From: Mobula hypostoma
Taxonomy: Eukaryota
Direction of reading: 5' to 3'
Length of the DNA: 64,000 nucleotides
Assembly: GCF_963921235.1 (NCBI RefSeq)
Contig: NC_086101.1
Span: 9,984,001 to 10,048,000 of the forward strand
Under the pieces are notes generated by a model, which saw nothing but the letters and a program-made list of their open reading frames with translations, made no database searches and was not told the origin of the DNA. Below are positions 53,734 to 64,000 of the stretch, piece by piece; positions within the stretch are counted from its first letter, which is position 1; each line of letters starts with the position of its first letter. The position numbers and the translations under genes are program-made.

Positions 53734-55920
53734 TTACCTTTTCAAAATGGGTTTCCCCTTATCAGGTGGCACCCTAGCCTCAGTAATTTTCATGATAACA
53801 CCGACTAGGTCTGTTTTCTGATCATGGTAAGCTTTTAACATATTAATAGCCTGTAACTGTGTTAGCTCACGTCTACAATAGTCAATAGTGTCCTTCCTCC
53901 TGTGCGGCCAGTAAAACTCTTTCATGATCCTACCGACTGTTTTCCTCCCCACAAAATGTCCACCGAGGAGTATCTTGTGGGCCAGGTTAAGAATCTCATC
54001 CCCATAAATTTTCGACACCATCACCCCCCATTCCTCATCTGCGGGCACGGTACTTGGTCTCCATTTCCTCCTTAGTACTCCCTCCTTCACATAATAGCCC
54101 ACTGGCTCCCTTTTTAATTCTGCTTCAGAGAGAGCTGTCTCCGCCAAAACCATCAGCTCCTCATCTCGCTCCTGTGCCTGTATAAATTCCTTCCTGGCTA
54201 ATGATAAGTCTACCTTAACTTCTGTTTCACTACGCCCCTTCTTCTCACTTTCTAACCCCTCCTGGTACAAGGCTGGTAAAAACGTCTCCGCTAAATCTAC
54301 ATTCGCTTTGGCAGCCTTTCTGGACATGCGCCAAGTCACTGCGCAAATGGGATAAACCTGTGAGTCCTTGGGCGGGGCCTCAATGCTGGCAGGCTGGCTT
54401 GTCAATCTTACTGCTGGGTACACCTCTCCGCCGGCGTGGTCATTACCGAGTAAGACCTCCACGTCTTCCATCGGTAGTTCGGGCCTCACCCCGATCGTGA
54501 CCGGTCCGGAGACCAAGGCGCTTTTTAGGTGTATCTGGTGCAAAGGTACTGCTTCAGTCCCTTTCCCAATGCCTTTTATCACCCTGACCTCCCCAGTCTG
54601 GGTCTCTGAACTAAAGTCTAACACACTCTTTAATATCAATGACTGACAAGCTCCAGTGTCTCTCCAGATCTGTACTGGAACCGGGTTTAACCCCTCCTTC
54701 ACCGACACCAATCCAGCCGAGATAAACCTCTCGCACCCTTCCTGAACTTTATCAGACCTCTCCTCCACTAGCAGTTTGTTTACCAGCTCAATACAGCCAG
54801 TCGGAACCGTCGTTTTTCCTTTCCCCGTCTTCTTCTTTGGGGCAAAGCACCTGGACGCAAAGTGTCCGGCTTTCCCACAATTATAGCATACGACCCTAGG
54901 AGACTTCCTACCAAACTGCTCCTGGTCTACCTTATCCTTCTCACTAATCCCCGGCTTACTTTCTGACTTTTCTGGCAGACTCTCCCCGCCCTCTTGACTA
55001 CCCTTCTGGTAGCCTTTACTCGGGGTAAACTCCGCTTTGTGCGTTAACGCGTACTCATCCGCTAACTTAGCAGTTGCGGCTAAAGTGTCTGCCTCTTTCT
55101 CATCTAGGTAGGGTCTCATACCTTCAGGGACACAACCTTTAAACTGCTCAATCAGTATTAGCTGTAGCAGTCCGTTATAATCCACATTGACCCCTTTCGA
55201 GGTGCACCAACGCTCACAATACATCTGCATCTCATGGGCAAACTCTAAATACATGCTGCCCCACTGCTTCCTCGCATTCTGGAACCTCTGCCGGTATGCC
55301 TCCGGGACCAACTCATAAATCCTGAGTATCTCCTCCTTCACTACATCATACCTCTGGGCATCTTCTGCAGACAATGCCGAGTAAGCTTGTTGGGCTTTTC
55401 CTTTAAGTACACTCTGAAGCAAAGCAGCCCACTTATCCCTCGGCCAGTCCTGACTTGCAGCAACTTTTTCAAAATGGAGAAGGTACCAATCAACATCGGA
55501 CTCCTCAAATGGGTGAACCAGTCTAACCTCCTGGGTCGCCCTGAACCCTCCACCTTGGTTCGGCACTGGCCCCTGCGCTAGCCTCATCTTTAACTTCTCC
55601 AGCTCAAATTCCCTTTCCCTCTGTTTCTCCCTCTCTTCTCGCTCCATCTGCCTGTCCCTCTCCTCTCGCTCCAGCTGTTTTACCCGGAACTTGTGCTCGA
55701 GTCTCAATTTTTCAATCTGCAGCTGTACTGCTTCTCCACCAGGTTTGCCCATAGACACCACCTCCAACTCCCCTTGGGGAAACACACCTTCAGATACATA
55801 ATGCTCTATGATAGCTCTGTGCATCTCCACTCTCCTCATTGTCAACTTCCCCTTAAAAAGATTCAACCGTTTGGCCACAGTTGCCAATTCTGACTTCCTG
55901 GCATCCTCTAATGCCTCCAA
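53734..55920 (-). CDS. Gag-protease polyprotein (SCAN-like capsid, CCHC knuckle, aspartic protease, partial integrase Zn-binding domain)
   Basis: 728-aa ORF: YELVPEAYRQRF..LIEQF (SCAN-like), CYNCGKAGHFASRC, RDTGA, then AH..GGHF..FYWP..YCR directly after the protease. Confidence 0.85.
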   Translation of the reverse strand: MEALEDARKSELATVAKRLNLFKGKLTMRRVEMHRAIIEHYVSEGVFPQGELEVVSMGKPGGEAVQLQIEKLRLEHKFRVKQLEREERDRQMEREEREKQREREFELEKLKMRLAQGPVPNQGGGFRATQEVRLVHPFEESDVDWYLLHFEKVAASQDWPRDKWAALLQSVLKGKAQQAYSALSAEDAQRYDVVKEEILRIYELVPEAYRQRFQNARKQWGSMYLEFAHEMQMYCERWCTSKGVNVDYNGLLQLILIEQFKGCVPEGMRPYLDEKEADTLAATAKLADEYALTHKAEFTPSKGYQKGSQEGGESLPEKSESKPGISEKDKVDQEQFGRKSPRVVCYNCGKAGHFASRCFAPKKKTGKGKTTVPTGCIELVNKLLVEERSDKVQEGCERFISAGLVSVKEGLNPVPVQIWRDTGACQSLILKSVLDFSSETQTGEVRVIKGIGKGTEAVPLHQIHLKSALVSGPVTIGVRPELPMEDVEVLLGNDHAGGEVYPAVRLTSQPASIEAPPKDSQVYPICAVTWRMSRKAAKANVDLAETFLPALYQEGLESEKKGRSETEVKVDLSLARKEFIQAQERDEELMVLAETALSEAELKREPVGYYVKEGVLRRKWRPSTVPADEEWGVMVSKIYGDEILNLAHKILLGGHFVGRKTVGRIMKEFYWPHRRKDTIDYCRRELTQLQAINMLKAYHDQKTDLVGVIMKITEARVPPDKGKPILKR

Positions 55921-57018
55921 GGTTGGCGCCTTTAGTAATTACTCAATCTCCATTTCTGCTGTTTGTCCTTTCTTTCTTTTGGAAATTTTACCCAATCAAT
56001 TTACCCAGTCCCAAATTTGAAGTTCAAAATCGCAGACGAGAACCCCACTTATGTTATGTACCCCGTAACTGGGTTGCCAAACCAGCAGAAATGGACCGCT
56101 TAGTTGGAGTCTGGATTACTGGAACTAAGAAAGTTTTATTAAAGAAATAAGTAACACAGTACTCTAATCATAAAGATATAAATGCAACACGTTAGCAATG
56201 ATAAAAACACACATGTACACAGAATTAGGATAAATGGGAATAAGTCAAGCTCTATTGCAGTCGAGGGGTAAAATGACCAGTCTCAAGTGACGCAGAGTTC
56301 AGTTCAGCTGAGTACAGTTCGTAGTAATCGCTGTTGTGCCATTGGAGAGAGAGAGAGAGAGCGAATGCAAATTTCGATTCAACAGACCTTTGATGTTCCC
56401 CGCAGTTAGCTTTCCGGCGAGTCCTTTTTAATGTCTTCTGAGGTCACCGACTGTGACCCCTCCATTCCGGATACGATAAATCTTCCATGGTGAACCCGGC
56501 ACCCAGGCAAGGGTGGACACACACACCAGGTTTCCGCCGATCGTACCTTTTCACCCTGTGTATCTATGTTCGGTCCCGCGACCAGACCTCCAAACTCCCA
56601 CCAACTTGTGGGGGGGGGGGGCACACCGCACTTCCAGGGTCTCGTTATGTCGTGATCTCGTGATGTGTGTTGCCTTAGCGAATCTGTTCCTTTTATCCCC
56701 TTGCTGGGGTATAACCTGTTCATCAAACTTCAAACAGTTCAGATTCAAAGCGACTGGTCTGTCAATACTCAGAACTGTGTTTCTTTTCTTTAATCTCTCT
56801 CCTCTCTAATTAACATGTTGAATGCTTCTCCCTTTGTCTCTCTTATAGAAACATAGAAACAAAGAAAATAGGTGCAGGAGTAGGCCATTCAGCCCTTCGA
56901 GCCTGCACCGCCATTTATTATGATCATGGCTGATCATCCATCTCAGAACACCGCCCCAGCCTTCCCTCCATACCCCCTGACCCCCGTAGCCACAAGGGCC
57001 ATATCTAACTCCCTCTTA

Positions 57019-57709
57019 CTTTCTTTCTTTTTAAATCTTTTTATTGAGTAAGTATACAAAAAAGGTAAGCCATATAAACATTAATACAATGTTAAAGTAT
57101 AATAAAATTCCAAAAGATATCAATACCAAAAAGAAATTACTACAAACAATGTAATTTAAACATAAGAAACCAAGATAACATAATAGTATACTAAATTTTA
57201 TATATATCAATGGAAAAAAAAGAAAAAAAAAACCCCAAAAAAAAACCCACCGTGCAGCTAACTAAAAGCAAAGCAAAGCAATGGGCTAACTTGAAACCAA
57301 ACAGAGTTAAACTTAAAATCACGTCCTCAATCCCGACCTCCATTAAAAACAGTGAAAAAAAAACAAGAAGGGTAAATATTACATTAAATGAAAATATCGA
57401 ATAAAAGGTCCCCAAATCTGTTCAAATTTAAATGAAGAATCATAAAGGTTACTTCTAATTTTCTCCAAATTCAAACATAAAATCGTCTGAGAAAACCAAA
57501 AAAAGGTAGTTGGAGCATTAAGCTCTTTCCAATGTTGTAAAATACATCTTTTCGCCATTAAAGTAAGAAATGCAATCATTCTACGGGCTGAAGGGGAAAG
57601 ATTACTAGAAATTTTAGGTAGTCCAAAGATAGCAGTAATAGGGTGAGGAGAGATATCTATATTTAATACCTTAGAAATAATATTGAAAATATCTCTCCAA
57701 AAAGTTTCC
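57019..57709 (-). mobile_element. 5'-truncated L1 nested in the CR1 3' end
   Basis: L1 ORF2 C-terminus (FWRDIFNIISKVL..LEKIR), homologous to 10824-11100; T-rich 3'UTR, AATAAA and (GAAA)n tail. Confidence 0.88.
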
Positions 57710-60571
57710 AAAGGCTTCCCCTCTTTCCTCAAACTGTGGCCCCTCGTTCTGGACTTCCCCAACATCGGGAACAATCTTCCTGCATCTAGCCTGTCCAATC
57801 CCTTTAGGATCGTATACATTTCAATCAGATCCCCCCTCAATCTTCTAAATTCCAACGAGTACAAGCCCAGTTCATTCAGTCTTTCTTCATATGAAAGTCC
57901 TGCCATCCCAGGAATCAATCTGGTGAACCTTCTTTGTACTCCCTCTATGGCAAGGATGTCTTTCCTCAGATTAGGGGACCAAAACTGCACACAATACTCC
58001 AGGTGTGGTCTCACCAAGGCCTTGTACAACTGCAGTAGTACCTCCCTGCTCCTGTACTCGAATCCTCTCACTATAAATGCCAGCATACCATTCGCCTTTT
58101 TCACCACCTGCTGTACCTGCATGCCCACTTTCAATGACTGGTGTATAATGACACCCAGGTCTCGTTGCACCTCCCCTTTTCCTAATCGGCCACCATTCAG
58201 ATAATAATCTGTTTTCCTATTTTTGCCACCAAAGTGGATAACTTCACATTTATCCACATTAAATTGCATCTGCCATGAATTTGCCCACTCACCCAACCTA
58301 TCCAAGTCACCCTGCATCCTCTTAGCATCCTCCTCACTGCTAACACTGCCACCCAGCTTCGTGTCATCCGCAAACTTGGAGATGCTGCATTTAATTCCCT
58401 CATCCAAGTCATTAATATATATTGTAAACAACTGGGGTCCCAGCACTGAGCCTTGCGGTACCCCACTAGTCACCGCCTGCCATTCTGAAAAGATCCCATT
58501 TATTCCCACTCTTTGCTTCCTGTCTGCTACCCAATTCTCCACCCACACCAATACCTTACCCCCAATACCATGTGCTTTTAGTTTGCACACTAATCTCCTG
58601 TGTGGGACCTTGTCAAAAGCCTTTTGAAAATCCAAATATACCACATCCACTGGTTCTCCCCTATCCACTCTACTAGTTACATCCTCAAAAAATTCTATGA
58701 GATTCGTCAGACATGATTTTCCTTTCACAAATCCATGCTGACTTTGTCCGATCATTTCACCGCTTTCCAAATGTGCTGTTATCACATCCTTGATAACTGA
58801 CTCCAGCAGTTTCCCCACCACCAACGTTAGGCTAACCGGTCTATAATTCCCTGGTTTCTCTCTCCCTCCTTTTTTAAAAAGTGGAGTTACATTAGCCACC
58901 CTCCAATCCTCAGGAACTAGTCCAGAATCTAACGAGTTTTGAAAAATTAGCACTAATGCATCCACTATTTCTTGGGCTACTTCCTTAAGCACTCTAGGAT
59001 GCAAACCATCTGGCCCTGGGGATTTATCTGCCTTCAATCCCTTCAATTTACCTAACACCACTTCCCTACTAACATGTATTTCGCTCAGTTCCTCCATCTC
59101 ACTGGACCCTCTGTCCCCTACTATTTCTGGAAGATTATTTATGTCCTCCTTAGTGAAAACAGAATCAAAGTACTTTTTCAATTGGTCTGCCATGTCCTTG
59201 CTCCCCATAATCAATTCACCTGTTTCTGTCTGCAGGGAACCTACATTTGTCTTTACCAGTCTTTTCCTTTTTACATATGTATAAAAGCTTTTACAGTCCG
59301 TTTTTATGTTCCCTGCCAGTTTTCTCTCATAATCTTTTTTCCCCTTCCTAATTAAGCCCTTTGTCCTCCTCTGCTGAACTCTGAATTTCTCCCAGTCCTC
59401 AGGTGAGCCACTTTCTCTGGCTAATTTGTATGCTTCTTCTTTGGAATTGATACTATCCCTGATTTCTCTTGTCAGCCACGGGTGCACTACCTTCCTTGAT
59501 TTATTCTTTTGCCAAACTGGGATGAACAATTGTTGTAGTTCATCCATGCAACCTTTAAATGCTTACCATTGCATATCCACCGTCAATCGTTTAAGTGTCA
59601 TTTGTCAGTCTATCTTAGCTAATTCACGTCTCATACCTTCAAAGTTACCCCTCTTTAAGTTCAGAACCTTTGTTTCTGAATTAACTATGTCACTCTCCAT
59701 CTTAATGAAGAATTCCACCATATTATGGTCACTCTTACCCAAGGGGCCTCTCACGACAAGATCGCTAATTAACTCGTCCTCATTGCTCAAAACCCAGTCC
59801 AGAATAGCCTGCTCTCTAGTTGGTTCCTCGACATGTTGGTTCAAAAAACCATCCCGCATACATTCCAAGAAATCCTCTTCCTCAGCACCTTTACTAATTT
59901 GGTTCACCCAATCTACATGTAGATTGAAGTCACCCATTATAACTGATGTTCCTTTATTGCACACATTTCTAATTTCCTGTTTAATACCATCTCCGACCTC
60001 ACTACTACTGTTAGGTGGCCTGTACACAACTCCCACCAGCGTCTTCTGCCCCTTAGTGTTACGCAGCTCTACCCATATCGATTCCACATCCTCCCGGCTT
60101 ATGTCCTTCCTTTCTATTGCGTGAATCTCTTCTTTAACCAGCAACGCCACCCCACCTCCCCTTCCTTCTTGTCTATCCCTCCTGAATATTGAATATCCCT
60201 AAACGTTGAGCTCCCATCCCTGGTCACCCTGGAGCCATGTCTCTATGATCCCAACTATATCATAATCATTAATAACAATCTGCACTTTCAATTCATCCAC
60301 CTTATTACGAATGCTCCTTGCATTGACACACAAAGCCTTCAGGCGTTCTTTTACAACTCTCTTAGCCCTTATACAATTATGCTGAAAAGTGGCCCTTTTT
60401 AATGCTTGCCCTGGATTTGTCGGCCTGCCACTTTTACTTTTCTCCTTAGTACTTTTTGCTTCTACCCTCACTTTACACCCTCTGTCTCTCTGCACTGGTT
60501 CCCATCCCCCTGCTGTGAACTAACCTCCTCACGCCTAGCCTCTTTAATTTGATACCCACCCCCCAACCATT

Positions 60572-61507
60572 CTAGTTTAAAGTCACCTCAGTAGCCCCTG
60601 CTAATCTCCCTGCCAGGATATTGGTCCCCCTAGGATTCAAGTGTAACCCATCCTTTTTGTACAGCTCATGCCTGCGCCAAAAGAGGTCCCAATGATCCAA
60701 AAACTTGAATCCCTGCCCCCTACTCCAATCCCTCAGCCACGCATTTATCCTCCACCTCATCGCATTCCTACTCTCACTGTCGCGTGGCACAGGCAGTAAT
60801 CCCGAGATTACTACCTTTGCGGTCCTTTTTCTCAACTCCCTTCCTAGCTCCCTATATTCTCCTTTCAGGACCTCATCCCTTTTCCTACCTACGTCATTGG
60901 TACCTATATGTACCATGACCTCTGGCTCCTCACCCTCCCACTTCAGGATATCTTGGACACGATCAGAAATATCCCGGACCCTGGCACCAGGGAGGCAAAC
61001 TACCATCTGGGTCTCTGGACTGCGTCCACAGAATCGCCTATCTGACCCCCTTACTATTGAGTCCCCTATCACAACTGCCCTCCTCTTCCTTGCCCTACCC
61101 TTCTGAGCTATAGGGCCAGACTCTGTGCCAGAGGCACGGCCACTGTCGCTTCCCCCGGGTAAGCTGTCCCCCCCAACAGCACGCAAACAGGAGTACCTGT
61201 TATTAAGGGGCACAGCCACCGGGGTACTCACTATTACCTGACTTTTCCCCTTCCCCCTCCTAACCATGACCCACTTGTCTGCCTCCCGTGGCCCCGGCGT
61301 GACCACCTGCCTGCAACTCCTCTCTATCACCTCTTCGCTCTCCCTGACCAGACGAAGGTCATCGAGCTGCAGCTCCAGTTCCATAACGCGGTCCCTTAGG
61401 AGCTGCATCTCGATGCACTTGGCGCAGATGTAGACGTCCGGGAGGCTTGGAGACTCAAGGGCCTCCCACATCCGACACCGAGAACAGCAAACTGCCCTCA
61501 CACTCAT
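60572..61507 (-). CDS. CR1 ORF1p (zinc finger/leucine zipper + SGNH esterase)
   Basis: CSRC..CAKC, VIGDSIVR, HIGTND, DGLHLN motifs; uninterrupted. Confidence 0.85.
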   Translation of the reverse strand: MSVRAVCCSRCRMWEALESPSLPDVYICAKCIEMQLLRDRVMELELQLDDLRLVRESEEVIERSCRQVVTPGPREADKWVMVRRGKGKSQVIVSTPVAVPLNNRYSCLRAVGGDSLPGGSDSGRASGTESGPIAQKGRARKRRAVVIGDSIVRGSDRRFCGRSPETQMVVCLPGARVRDISDRVQDILKWEGEEPEVMVHIGTNDVGRKRDEVLKGEYRELGRELRKRTAKVVISGLLPVPRDSESRNAMRWRINAWLRDWSRGQGFKFLDHWDLFWRRHELYKKDGLHLNPRGTNILAGRLAGATEVTLN

Positions 61508-62445
61508 ACTGCCCCTCTCCTCAAATAACAACAGAAAATGAATGCCAAACCTTCCTCGCCTCGCCCGTTTCCGCCTAAGCCCGTTGTGCTGAAGCCCTTA
61601 AATTTTCACTCTGCTCCCGGCTCACTCCGCAGCCCGCAAACTACGCTGCCCGCTCTATGAGGCTTTGTTCCTTTAAAATCTGCCGCGCTGCACTGCCCGA
61701 CATCACACGCCTCATCAGCATCAATCTTCTGATAACTTGGTTTTTCATCACACTATATTCTTCTCATCTCCTCCACGTTCTAACCTGGTGTTCTGGATCT
61801 CCCTTCTAAACTGGATTAAACCCTCCCAAGTGGTACTAGAGATCCTCCTGGCCAGGATATTGGTTCCACTTCAGTTAAGGTGCAACCCCTCCCTCTTGTA
61901 CAGATTGCCCCTGCCGCAGGAGAGGCTCCAATGATCCAAGTATTTGAAACTTTGCCCCCTGCACCAATTCATCATTCTGTATTTCTTTTCTTTCATCCCT
62001 ATACTCATTACATCGGACCTCATCCCACTTTTTACCTAGGTCATTGGTGGCAAAATGCAACATGTCCTTGAGTTTGAGACTGTTTGGCAGACGATCCAAG
62101 ACATCTTCCACCCAAGGTAACACCAGAGGTAACATGCCATCTGGGCATAAAAGTAGAAATATTCACACCCATCCCAACCAAGTTAAATCCATCAATAATT
62201 TTAAATTCAACTTTCTGATCATCACTGACAACCTGTCCATATAGCAGTGTCCAACCTCCTTGATCTTCACTGAAGTTTTATCCTCTGAGTTATAGACTCC
62301 AATATCCCTTTTCCCGGCTGAGTGTCATGATGACTGAGAGTTGGGAAATGGGAATGTTCAGGGGCTTGAATTTGAATGAAACTCCTGCTGTTAAGATGTG
62401 GACAGTTAGTCAGTCAGTTCAGATTTTATGTTTCATTTGTTTCAG

Positions 62446-62468
62446 GAGGACTCTCACCAGAAGAGCAG
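62446..62468 (+). CDS. TRIM gene B exon 4 (23 nt)
   Basis: TTTCAG|GAGGACTCTCACCAGAAGAGCAG|GTAAG. Confidence 0.85.
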
Positions 62469-62559
62469 GTAAGACATGGTCTTCACTGCAGCTTTTCTTT
62501 TTTTTGTAAAATGATTTGTGAATTGTTGCTGTTTATAACCAGCAGTTTAATATTTGCAG

Positions 62560-62675
62560 GTTTAGTGATGAGGCCCTGACAGTTTCCGTGGCAGATACTT
62601 CCTTGCCGGTAGAAAAAATTGACCAGCCCTTATTGTATACAGTGTGGAGAGGATTGTTTGATGCCATAAAGCAAG
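62560..62675 (+). CDS. TRIM gene B exon 5
   Basis: TGCAG|GTTTAG..CAAG|GTAAAT; 116 nt; homologous to gene A exon 5. Confidence 0.85.
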
Positions 62676-63431
62676 GTAAATTTGACACAAATTTGGTGTC
62701 CTTGTGCTCCGTAATTTTAAGCCAGCAATAAATTTCCAGCTTGGATCCCACGTGGTTTCACCTTCTGGGCCAGCTGAACATCTTGTCAAATCTCTCACTG
62801 ACGTCAACCAGTTGAATCCATTCTTGGTCGCACACATTCCATCTTTCCATGCGTGAATCATGTCTCCCGTAGTGACCCTCCAAATTTTCAGTCTCCACTC
62901 ACAGTATTTCACACTCGACCATTCATCTGTGGCTTCCATGGTCGAAGCAATACCCTTTCAATCTGAATATAGGGCAGGATCAGATCACCTGGCCCCTCAC
63001 CACTGCCTCCAGTTAATGTGATCAGGACTTCTCCACTTAAAGTCTCCAATACCCACGCCATTCCACCACCCCTCCCCCCTTAATCTGTCTCCATCCCCAC
63101 CCTTTCCTTTCCAGCCGGAGCACTTAAAACTCGGCTCTACATCTCTACCCCGCAATCTCCTGATCCTTCTTGTACTGCCACTGCCTGTCCCGTCCACATG
63201 CTGCTGCACGTCTCGACAACCCCAGGAGACTCTGCTCTCCAGCTAGGAGAAGACCCTGAGCAGAGGATTGTTATCCCTCTGATATGCTTGATTGAAACCC
63301 GAGAAAGTTATTTTATTGGTTGACCATTCGATTGTGTCTGAGGTCGAACGGTATCTCACCCGGTGTCGGGGTCACGCAGCCCAAGTTTTCCCTGATACTG
63401 GGGACTCCCTAATTCTCTGTTTCACCCCCAG

Positions 63432-64000
63432 ATTCTGTCACGTTGGATGTCGAAACAGCGAGCCCATGGCTTGATGTGTCTGAAGATCGAAAGAGTGTGA
63501 GATGCACCGACACTTGGAGGGATCTCCCTGACACTGGGAAGAGGTTTAGAGACTGGGAATGTGTTCTGGGATCGGAGGGTTTCACGTCGGGGAGACATTA
63601 CTGGGAGGTGCAGATGACGGGCAGTCGGGTCTGGAGGCTGGGAGTCGCCGCAGAGTCTGTGGAGAGGAAGAAGTGGGTAGCTTTAATACCAGAGACTGGA
63701 GTATGGACCATCGAGCGAAACGAAAACCACCTTTACGTGAACTCCTGCCCTGAATCCCGTCTCCCTACCCGTCCCATTCCCCGGAGGGTGGGAATTTATC
63801 TCAGTTACGAGTTTGGGACAGTTTCATTTTACGATGCCGGCACCAAGTCTCATCTTTACACCATCACTGGGAACAAATTCACGGGAAAACTTTATCCGTT
63901 CTTCACAACTTGGGACAAAAAGTGGCTGAGAATCTGCTCTGGATCTGTGAAAGAGGGTCGGGTCCCGGGACCGGCATTGCAGTGGGGGTTAGAGGCTGTG
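63432..64000 (+). CDS. TRIM gene B exon 6 (B30.2/PRY-SPRY), no stop before the window end
   Basis: CCCCAG|ATTCTG; manual translation SVTLDVETASPWL..GRHYWEVQM..RVGIYLSYEFGTVSFYD..LYPFFTTWDKKWLRICSGSVKEGRVPGPALQWGLEAV. Probably absent from the ORF track because no stop lies inside the window. Confidence 0.9.

Larger units (their letters stand above)
56847..61710 (-). mobile_element. Near full-length, young CR1 LINE
   Basis: GC-rich 5'UTR at 61508-61710. ORF1 at 61507-60572 (CxxC zinc finger, leucine zipper, GDSIVR SGNH esterase). ORF2 APE endonuclease (disrupted) and RT (FADD). (TTTCTATG)n tail. Confidence 0.92.
52026..61752 (-). mobile_element. Gmr1-like Gypsy LTR retrotransposon, internally deleted, with its 5' LTR interrupted by a CR1
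   Basis: LTRs at 52026-52844 and 56052-56846 + 61711-61752 (TG..CA). 4-bp TSD CTAT at 52022-52025 and 61753-61756. tRNA-Pro-like PBS at 56029-56047 and PPT at 52845-52856. Confidence 0.9.

Noticed and set aside
59426..60124. Long plus-strand ORFs (also 57683-58204, 60705-61106)
   Set aside because: Antisense shadows of CR1 ORFs with no independent motifs.
1..64000. Prokaryotic defence systems, CRISPR arrays, rRNA or true tRNA genes
   Set aside because: None seen; the sequence is intron-containing vertebrate DNA and the tRNA-like boxes belong to SINEs.

Overview
Eukaryotic, repeat-dense vertebrate DNA, probably from a cartilaginous fish (inferred from the repeat families and TRIM type, not proven). 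The host genes are two divergently transcribed six-exon TRIM paralogs with RING, B-box, coiled-coil and B30.2/PRY-SPRY domains. Gene A (minus, 30218->9353, 471 aa) looks intact. Gene B (plus, from 48076) is open to the window end and has lost the stop codon seen in gene A. An orphan exon 3 of a third paralog lies between them. Most of the remaining sequence is retroelements: many CR1 LINEs, two L1s, Rex1/Babar, Penelope fragments, SINEs, solo LTRs and a Gmr1-like Gypsy element with an open SCAN-type gag-protease ORF. The most unusual observations are: (1) a 99-bp insertion with a perfect 14-bp TSD that is essentially an intact minimal hammerhead ribozyme, about 270 bp upstream of the gene B start codon; (2) a four-level nested retroelement stack (CR1<Gypsy<CR1<L1) in gene B intron 3, which creates an in-frame CR1-RT/L1 chimeric ORF; (3) a thrice-duplicated upstream module carrying a CTCF-like motif.
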